In this document: piece by piece, positions 17,666 to 24,373 of the stretch
How the letters are laid out: every line of letters begins with the position of its first letter
Position numbering within the stretch: the stretch's first letter is position 1
Assembly (NCBI GenBank): GCA_051953135.1
Contig: JBQCJC010000201.1
Location: 1 to 46,838 of the forward strand
Direction of reading: 5' to 3'
Source: Thermoanaerobaculia bacterium
GTDB lineage: Bacteria; Acidobacteriota; Thermoanaerobaculia; Gp7-AA8
DNA: 46,838 nucleotides
Translations under genes and position numbers: made by a program
The notes under the pieces: generated by a model
The model's database searches: none
Told to the model about the DNA's origin: nothing
Seen by the model: the letters and a program-made list of their open reading frames with translations, nothing else

Positions 17666-19668
17666 TTGTTGAAGGCGGAGACGCGAATGCCGGCGGTGAA
17701 GGTGCGCGGCAATCCGTTGCGGAACGAGGTCGGCGTGAGCGCGAAGTAGTAGCCCTGATCGAATGCGTTTTCGAGCGTCGCGTAGACGTCGAGCCAGCCG
17801 CGAACCGGATGCGAAGCCGCGATGTCGACGATGCGATGCGCGGGAGAAACGGCGAGGTTCGCGGCTTCGCCGTACTGGCGGCTGAGCACGCGGCCGCGCA
17901 CGTCGAGCGTGGTGCCGCGATCGGCGCGGAACTTCACGCCGAGCGATCCGATGTGGCGCGAGACTTCGGGAATCATGTTGCCGACGATGGCGGGAACGGG
18001 ATCTTCGGTGACGGTCGAATCGGCGAACGTGTAGCCGGCGTTCATCGACCAGCGTCGCGAGATGCGCAACTCGCTCATGAACTCGAGGCCTTGCGCGCGT
18101 GCGGTGCCGAGGTTGACGGACTGGAAGACGTTGGCGGGCTGACCGTTCACGTGTGCGCGCGAAACGAGACCGTCGATCGTGCTGCGATAGAGATTCACTT
18201 CAGCGCGCGCGCGGTCGCCGGCCCACTCGAATCAGACTTCGCCGCCGACGAGTGTTTCGGGCTTGAGATACGGATTGCCGAGCACGAGACTGTTGCCGGT
18301 CTGGTTGTTGCGATACATGTCGCGCAGCGCGGGCGCGCCGAATGCGCGGTACACCGAGCCGCGAACGGCGGTCTGCGCGTTGATCGCGTAACGCACCGAG
18401 ACGCGCGGATCGAGTTGCTTCGACGATGCGGCGGGATACTCGGTCGCTTTGCCGCCGATGATCACGTCCGAGCCGTTTTCATTGCGGAAGATGTCGAGTC
18501 GCGCGCTGGTGAGTACTTCGATGCGATCGGTCGGATGCCAGCTCGTTTGCGCGAAGACGCCGATCGACGTCTGCTGCCCGGTGACGCGATTGCGTTGCGT
18601 CGTCGCGCCGCTGCGATTGAACGTCTCGCGGCTTTCTTCTGCTTTCGTGCGACGGGCATCGACGCCGATCGAGATGAACGGAATCGCGCCGCTGCGCTGG
18701 AACGACCATTCGACGGAGCCGCCGAGCGTCGTCGACGGAATGGTCGCGTCCTGCGACACGAATTCCGAGTCACGCGCGCCGATGATCGTCGAGTTGACGA
18801 GGCGTTCTTTCTGACGTTGATAGAACGCGGTGCCGTTGAGAAACCCGTTCGCGAACGTCGCGCGATGCGCGCCGGCGGAGCCTTCGAGCACATCGCGATC
18901 GGTGTACGTCGCGGGCGTGCCCTGCGAGATGTTGATCTGGGCGATGCTTGCTTTCGCGAATGCCGCGGCGGTGTCGCTGAACTTGTAGTCCGCGCGACCG
19001 GCGGTCATCCAGCTGTCGATCCAGCCGCGCGTGTCGATCGCGCCCGGATTCGGAACGCGCAGATATCCATCAGACGCATTGCGATTGTGTGAGAGGCGCA
19101 GTGCGAGCGCGTCGTTGATCGAGTGATCGATCGTGAGGACTTGCCGTTCCGTGGCATTGGTGCCGTAGGAGAGGTCGGCGGTGACGTCATTCGATTCGAC
19201 CGGCTTGGTGATGAGATTGATCGTGCCGCCGAGGGCGAAGTTTCCGAAGAGACTGGCGTTGCCGCCGCGCACCACTTCGACCTGACGCAGCGAGTCGAGC
19301 GGAACGCGCTGCCATTGCACGATGCCGCTGTACGGATCGTGCAGCGGAACGCCGTCGAGCAGCACGAGCGCGCGTGTGCCGCCGAGTCCGTGCATCGAGA
19401 TTTTCTGATTGTTCGGCGTCGAGCCGCTGCCGCTGACGATGGCCATGTGCACGCCGGGCACGGTGCGCAGAAGATCATCGACGCTGCGCACTGGCGCGGC
19501 TTCGATGTCTTTCTCGCTGACGACGGTCGCGCTCATCGGCAGATCGCTGACCTCGCGCTCGCTGCGCGTGGCGGTGACGACGATGGCCTCATCAACTTTC
19601 GGCTTGGGATCCGACGCGGGTTCGCCGGCGCCCAGCGCGAACGCCAGGAGGAAGGGAAACAGGAACAT
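17662..19668 (-). pseudogene. TonB-dependent outer-membrane receptor interrupted by a single in-frame TGA (18232..18234)
   Basis: ORFs 18232..19668 (plug plus barrel: VVTATRSEREVSDLPMSATVV, LLRTVPGVHM, MHGLGGTRALVLLDGVPL) and 17662..18198 (C-terminal barrel) are in the same frame. The 11 codons between them read FEWAGDRARAE, giving a continuous ...LVGGEV*FEWAGDRARAEVNLYRS.... Confidence 0.8.
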
Positions 19669-19677
19669 TCTGGTACC

Positions 19678-21828
19678 TCAGAAGGGACGGATTTGAACGC
19701 GCGGCAGTATACGAGCAGGTGATGCGAGCGGCGCGGGGCGATCGATGAAAAATCCCTGCGCGTAACGCACGCCGAGCGCGCGAAGCCGGTCGATCGTTTC
19801 GGCGTCCTCGACCCATTCGGCGATGCATTCGATCTCGCGCAGACGGGCAAGCTTCACGAGCGAGCCGATGATCACTTCGCTTCCGGGATCGGTGCGCAAC
19901 TGCTGCACGATTCGTCCGTCAATCTTCACGTACGTGACCGGCAGCTCCTGCAGGTACGCGAAGCTCGCGACGCCCGCGCCGAAGTCATCGAGTGCGAGAT
20001 CGAATCCGCGTGCGCGCAGATCCTTCATCGCCTGCACCGCCTGTCGCAGCCGGTGAATGACGACGCCTTCCGTTACTTCGAGACAGAGACGCCGCGGATC
20101 GACGCCGTAGCGCTCCGGAAGCTTGATGACGTGCTGGTAGAAATCGGGATCGTTGAGCGTGGAGCCGGAGACGTTGATGCTGAGTTTCAGCGTGTGATCG
20201 TCCGATTCGGCGAGATGACGGCACGCGTGCTCGACGACCCAGCGATCGATGCGATCCATCAGGCCGAAGCGTTGTGCGACCGGGAGAAACTCCGCGCTGG
20301 GATGCACCGCCTCTTGCGATGCGAGACGCAACAGCACTTCATCGAACGAGTGCGAGGTCTTGCCGGTGAGATCGATGATCGACTGGCGATAGAGCTGCAG
20401 CCGTCCGTCCTGCATCGCGATCTCGAGTTGCGAGACTTGTTGAATTGACGAGTGCCATTGCAGCATCGCTTCGTCGCGCGGGAGATAGACGTGCGAGCGA
20501 TGACGGCCATCTTCCTTCGCGACGTAGCACGCGATGTCGGCGCGGCCGAGCACCGCGTCGGCGGTATCGCCTTCGTCCGATGGAAAGAACGTGATGCCGA
20601 TGCTCACGCCGACGGCGAAGCTCATCGAGCCGTAGCGAAAGCGGTATTGCGATACCGCGTCGTGCAAACGATTCGCGATCGCGCGCGCCGCGTCTTCACC
20701 GGTGTCGTATGCGATGCAAGCGAATTCGTCGCCGCCGAGTCGCGCGAAGACCGCGCCGTCGGGTGCGGCTTCCTGCAATTCGACGGAGAGCTCCTGCAGC
20801 ATGCGATCGCCGGCCATGTGGCCGCAGGTGTCGTTGACGAGCTTGAACTGATCGAGATCGAGGTAGAGCAACGCGTGTGCGGACGGTGCGCCGGTCCTGA
20901 CGCCGAGGCTGAGGCGGCGTTCGAGCTCGTGTCGATTCACGAGACCGGTGAGCGGATCGTGATGTGCGAGTTGATAGAGACGCTTCGCGTTCAATTCGCG
21001 CTCGCCCCACACCACCGCGAGGATGTACCCCGTCACCGTCGCGGTGCCGACGAAGATGACGCGGATGATGCTGGCCATGCGCTCGACCGGCACACCGACG
21101 TGCATGCCGACGAAGATGAAGAGCAGGATCGCGCCGCTGGTCGCTGCGCCCGGAATGCCGCCGACGATCGCGGTGAAGACGACCATCGGCAACAGCAGAA
21201 AGAGCGTGGCCGAATACGTTTCGCCTGCTTGCGCGATGAGGATGCCGGCGACGATGAGCAGCAGCGAGACGGCGAGCCAGCGTTGAAACGCACGCTTCGA
21301 AACGAACGGCCAGCGGCGCCACGTGAGGATGAGCGGCACGAAGATCAGGAGACTGACGACGTCGGAGAGCCAGAAGGAGAGTCCGTCGGCGATGAGCCGT
21401 CCGACGTCGCGCGTTTCGAAAAAGTATTCGCCGGCGACGGTTGCGAGTCCGCCCGCGAAGGGCGCGACGACGGCGCCCGCGGTGAAGAGCGTGAGATCGC
21501 GCAGTCGCTGCAATTCACGCGAGACGCGGAAGTGCAGCATCGATGCGACGAAGATCGTCGTGACGAGCAGTTCGACGGATGCGACGAGCAACGCGACCCA
21601 CGGATTGTGCGAGGCGTTGTAGCTGAGAACGAATTGACCGATGACGACCGCGGGCCAGTAACGAAAGCCGAGTCCCCACAGAATCGCGGCGCCGAGTCGG
21701 GTGGCGGGATAGACGAGCGAGACACCTTTGCGCGGCTGAACGAGCAGCACGGCAAGACTGAACAGTACGAGACTCGCTGACAACGCAACGACAGCGCCGA
21801 CGTACCGCGCGAAAGGAACACCCCGCAT
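19678..21828 (-). CDS. membrane-anchored GGDEF-EAL (c-di-GMP turnover) protein with polytopic MASE1-like N-terminus
   Basis: Start chosen at MRGVPFARY (21828); the longer ORF start at 21897 would translate the heptamer-repeat element. Motifs: GGDEF (RLGGDEFACIA); EAL-domain motifs (DEVLLRL, LCLEVTEGV, LALDDFG, YVKIDG). Ends 9 nt before the TonB-receptor start. Confidence 0.85.
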   Translation of the reverse strand: MRGVPFARYVGAVVALSASLVLFSLAVLLVQPRKGVSLVYPATRLGAAILWGLGFRYWPAVVIGQFVLSYNASHNPWVALLVASVELLVTTIFVASMLHFRVSRELQRLRDLTLFTAGAVVAPFAGGLATVAGEYFFETRDVGRLIADGLSFWLSDVVSLLIFVPLILTWRRWPFVSKRAFQRWLAVSLLLIVAGILIAQAGETYSATLFLLLPMVVFTAIVGGIPGAATSGAILLFIFVGMHVGVPVERMASIIRVIFVGTATVTGYILAVVWGERELNAKRLYQLAHHDPLTGLVNRHELERRLSLGVRTGAPSAHALLYLDLDQFKLVNDTCGHMAGDRMLQELSVELQEAAPDGAVFARLGGDEFACIAYDTGEDAARAIANRLHDAVSQYRFRYGSMSFAVGVSIGITFFPSDEGDTADAVLGRADIACYVAKEDGRHRSHVYLPRDEAMLQWHSSIQQVSQLEIAMQDGRLQLYRQSIIDLTGKTSHSFDEVLLRLASQEAVHPSAEFLPVAQRFGLMDRIDRWVVEHACRHLAESDDHTLKLSINVSGSTLNDPDFYQHVIKLPERYGVDPRRLCLEVTEGVVIHRLRQAVQAMKDLRARGFDLALDDFGAGVASFAYLQELPVTYVKIDGRIVQQLRTDPGSEVIIGSLVKLARLREIECIAEWVEDAETIDRLRALGVRYAQGFFIDRPAPLASPARILPRVQIRPF

Positions 21829-21853
21829 TTTGGACGGGAGGGAGTGTACGTCA

Positions 21854-21957
21854 GTTGTTCGTTGTCGGTTGTTGGTTGTCGGGGGACCGATTCGCATTCA
21901 CGGCTTCGCGGCATGATCTTTCTCCCAACAACCAACAACCAACAGCCAAAACGAACT
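21854..21957. repeat. long imperfect hairpin element with heptamer-periodic arms (element A)
   Basis: Left arm GTTGTTC GTTGTCG GTTGTTG GTTGTCG GGGGA. Right arm TCTCCC AACAACC AACAACC AACAGCC AAAACGAAC. The inner 20 nt pair with one mismatch and one G-T. The unpaired centre is 34 nt (CC after the left arm plus GATTCGCATTCACGGCTTCGCGGCATGATCTT). Lies between the stop of 21956..22543 and the GGDEF-EAL start. Confidence 0.75.
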
Positions 21958-22543
21958 ACTGATATTGCGGGGCCACCACCATTAACTCCAACGCGGCTCC
22001 GCCGAGATTGTGGTGTGCGGTAGCGGCGATCCTTCGTGGTGGGTGGGGCGAGACTAGTCCGAAGACGTAGGTGCGGTCGCCGTTGCCGGGCGCGTTGCCG
22101 CCGCCCGCGGGTGGGTTGAAGGTGAATGTAATCGTGTTGCCGGATTTATTGGCGCTCGATGGGGCGATGTTGCCGAGGCCGAGTCCTTTGAGAATGAAGA
22201 GTTGATCGGATTGATGGTTTGCGTCGAAGTCGAGCGTGCTGATCACGGGACCGAAATCGATTGCGAGCGATGAGATGAATGGAATCGATGTGATGCCGAC
22301 GACGTCGCGGAGATCGATCGAATACTCATAGACATAGAGACCGGCGGCGGGAGTGCCGGTTGCGGCGCGATAGACGCGTGAGTGCAGTTTGCCGTTTGTC
22401 CAGATCGGCGTCACGACATCCGTCACGCGCGCGGTGCCGAACAGCGGTTCGAGTTGCGCGCGCGTCACATTGACTTTCGTGAGCTGCGCCGTTGCGTGTG
22501 GCGCGAGTGCGAGACAAACGAGTCCCAGAGCGAGCTGCTTCAT
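21956..22543 (-). CDS. secreted hypothetical protein
   Basis: 195 aa. Signal peptide MKQLALGLVCLALAPHATAQ. Strong AAGGAG Shine-Dalgarno 7 nt upstream of the ATG. No family recognised. Confidence 0.7.
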   Translation of the reverse strand: MKQLALGLVCLALAPHATAQLTKVNVTRAQLEPLFGTARVTDVVTPIWTNGKLHSRVYRAATGTPAAGLYVYEYSIDLRDVVGITSIPFISSLAIDFGPVISTLDFDANHQSDQLFILKGLGLGNIAPSSANKSGNTITFTFNPPAGGGNAPGNGDRTYVFGLVSPHPPRRIAATAHHNLGGAALELMVVAPQYQ

Positions 22544-22588
22544 CGCGATCTCCTTCGCTCGCAGTAGTGCAGGAGATCGCGTCAGCGT

Positions 22589-22653
22589 TTCAGACGCCTT
22601 TGCGCCGCGTCGTCAGGCGCCTTTGCGCGGCGTCGTCAGGCGCCTTTGCGCAT
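22589..22653. repeat. 23-bp tandem repeat (2 good copies plus 1 degenerate) spanning the 3' end of the deaminase-fold gene
   Basis: cgtcgtcaggcgcctttgcgcgg (22608..22630) and cgtcgtcaggcgcctttgcgcat (22631..22653), preceded by the degenerate ttcagacgcctttgcgccg. Each copy contains tca (stop on the minus strand) in the same context as the real stop at 22636..22638. Confidence 0.8.
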
Positions 22654-24249
22654 GGTCCACAACATGTGGCTGAGATACGAGCGACGCGATTCGCCCGTCG
22701 TCACGATCAGCAGCTTCGTGATCTTCAATTCGAGCGCGTCCGTGTAGAGCAGGATCAGCATCTCGCGAATGAAGCTCGTGTTCAGCGTGACGTCGTTGTC
22801 TGTGCCGACGCCGAGTCGCAACCCCTTCTTCTCCCACCACGAGAACGGATGATCTTTGTAATCGGACAGCGCGCCGGTCAGACGTTTGTTCGACGACGGA
22901 AGCGACACGAGCGTGAGGCGTTTGTCGATCATGCGATTGAGCACGTCGTGCTGATACGTCTCCACTTCGCGCGCGTGATGGAACTTCGTCTTCGTCGCGG
23001 CGGTGCTTTCTTCCTGCGAGAGCGGCTGGCCGTGCAGCAGCTTGTCGCGAATCTCCTCGCGTCCCGACCAGTCCATGTCCGTGAGCTCGGAATGCTCGCG
23101 CGAGCCTTCGCGCATCGCGGAGCCGCGCTGGTTCTCGACGAAGATGCGTTGCAGCAGGGAATGAAAATAGAAGTTGGGATTGATGCCGAGGGAGAGACCG
23201 TGCTCGATCGCTTCGACGTGCCAGATGTTCATGGCGTTGTCGACCGCCTGAATCCCCTGCCGCAGCGTCTTCCACGTCTCGCCGTGATGACTGCGCGTGC
23301 GGAACCCGTATGCCTGCAGCTTGCGCATGCCGACGCGCAGCTCCTGAAAATGCGCCTTGCGATAGAAGCCTCGCTCATCGCCGACGGTGTCGATCTCGGT
23401 CATCACGTCGCGCAGCTCGGGATGTTTCTTTCCGAGCTCGATGAGCTGATGCACCTGATCGTCAAAGTGCGCGCGTTTCGAAGGAAAGCGCGTCGCGTCG
23501 TAGAAGCCCGGTTCCTTGCGGAACGACGGCGAGAGCACGAAGCGGAACGATGGCACTTCGCGTTGGAACGCGCGGAAGCCTTCGTACAGACCTAACACGA
23601 CGTCTTCGGCGGTGAGTGCGGCGATGCCGGGGATTTGTTCCGCGGAGTCGGTGGTCTCGCGGAAGAGCGTGAACTTCAATCGCAGCGAGCCGACGTTCGC
23701 GGTGCGATAGAGACGCGAGGCCATGTGGTACGCGGCATCGCGATGCGCGTCGCGCGTCGTGAGGATGAGCTTCGCGAGATAGAGGATGCGCAGGTAGCGA
23801 TCGAAGCGATCTTCGTCGCCGAGTCGAATGAGTCGATCGACATCCTTTGCGCTGCTGATCGGCAACGCATCGTCGCCGTACACCTCTTTGATTTTCGTTT
23901 CGTAAATCGCGCGATCGGGACCGTTCAGTAATGATTCGAGTCGCGGCCAGATGAAGTCCGCATCGAGCGAGCCGGTGAGATGAATGTGCTCGTCGTGAAA
24001 CGGAATCGGGAAGGCTTTGAAGAATGCGCCAAGCGCGTGCGAGACGGGATGATCGAGCAGCGTTTCGATCGGTGTCTGACTGACGCGAAACTGGCCGATC
24101 AGTGAATGAAACTCGCGCAGCGAAGACGCGAGCTCCGCGTCGTTCTCCAGTTGTGGTGCGCCGTGCGCGAGGGTGAGTGTGTCGTCGAGGGAGAGGCCGG
24201 AGGTCTCGGAGATGAGTTGGGTGAGGAACCGGGTGAGGCGATCGTGCAC
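22636..24249 (-). CDS. adenosine/AMP deaminase-fold metal-dependent hydrolase (atypical, long insertion)
   Basis: GTG start. The four ADA-type metal/catalytic motifs are in order: DEHIHLTGS (HxH), RSHHGE (HxGE), AIEHGLSLG (xHG), GVGTDNDV (TDxD). About 110 aa are inserted between the third and fourth motif. Confidence 0.75.
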   Translation of the reverse strand: MHDRLTRFLTQLISETSGLSLDDTLTLAHGAPQLENDAELASSLREFHSLIGQFRVSQTPIETLLDHPVSHALGAFFKAFPIPFHDEHIHLTGSLDADFIWPRLESLLNGPDRAIYETKIKEVYGDDALPISSAKDVDRLIRLGDEDRFDRYLRILYLAKLILTTRDAHRDAAYHMASRLYRTANVGSLRLKFTLFRETTDSAEQIPGIAALTAEDVVLGLYEGFRAFQREVPSFRFVLSPSFRKEPGFYDATRFPSKRAHFDDQVHQLIELGKKHPELRDVMTEIDTVGDERGFYRKAHFQELRVGMRKLQAYGFRTRSHHGETWKTLRQGIQAVDNAMNIWHVEAIEHGLSLGINPNFYFHSLLQRIFVENQRGSAMREGSREHSELTDMDWSGREEIRDKLLHGQPLSQEESTAATKTKFHHAREVETYQHDVLNRMIDKRLTLVSLPSSNKRLTGALSDYKDHPFSWWEKKGLRLGVGTDNDVTLNTSFIREMLILLYTDALELKITKLLIVTTGESRRSYLSHMLWTMRKGA

Positions 24250-24265
24250 GGGCGCATGGTACTGC
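24250..24265 (-). promoter_or_regulatory. GCAGTACCAT motif (-10-like TACCAT) 6 nt upstream of the GTG start
   Basis: Gene-sense sequence is GCAGTACCATGCGCCC-GTG, with no Shine-Dalgarno. The same 8-mer recurs upstream of two other start codons (27680..27687, 30475..30482). Confidence 0.3.
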
Positions 24266-24360
24266 GCGGGGGGCCGGGCGGAGGGGGCACCGCCCGGCCC
24301 CCGGCGGGGGGGGTTGGTGGCGCCCCGCCCCCCCGGGGCCGGGGGCCCACCCCCCGCCTG
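24264..24360. repeat. extremely G/C-run-rich palindromic intergenic block with a 12-bp perfect hairpin
   Basis: Hairpin ggggccgggcgg-agggggca-ccgcccggcccc at 24270..24301, followed by G8 and C-run tracts (ggcggggggggttggtggcgccccgccccccggggccgggggcccaccccccgcc). Lies between the VPS10-like gene stop and the deaminase-fold gene start. Confidence 0.7.
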
Positions 24361-24373
24361 CGCTACGCGCAGG

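Noticed and set aside
18232-18234. Genetic-code reassignment or selenocysteine as an explanation for the in-frame TGA (and for the TAA at 42091..42093).
   Set aside because: TGA clearly functions as a terminator at many gene ends in this window, including the ATGA overlap junctions. The two interrupting codons are also different (TGA and TAA). A beta-barrel strand of an outer-membrane receptor is not a plausible selenocysteine site, and I see no obvious SECIS-like hairpin directly downstream. Nonsense mutation or sequence error is more parsimonious.
19669-19677. TPP or other riboswitch upstream of the TonB receptor / NMT1-type importer.
   Set aside because: Only 9 nt separate the receptor start from the preceding GGDEF-EAL gene stop, so there is no room for a riboswitch aptamer. 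The next upstream non-coding region (21829..21955) is occupied by the heptamer hairpin and shows no TPP-like conserved motifs that I recognise.
22636-24249. RADAR-like anti-phage system (RdrA ATPase plus RdrB adenosine deaminase).
   Set aside because: No large ATPase gene is adjacent. The neighbours are a small secreted protein and a VPS10-like protein. At 537 aa the protein is also considerably shorter than the RdrB-type deaminases I recall. Only the generic deaminase fold is supported.
24264-24360. Canonical G-quadruplex motif in the G/C-run block.
   Set aside because: The G-tracts are present on both strands, but the connecting loops I can read (for example 18 nt and 11 nt) exceed the usual 1-7 nt definition. 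Hairpin formation with the complementary C-runs is the simpler structure. It is mentioned only as a possibility.
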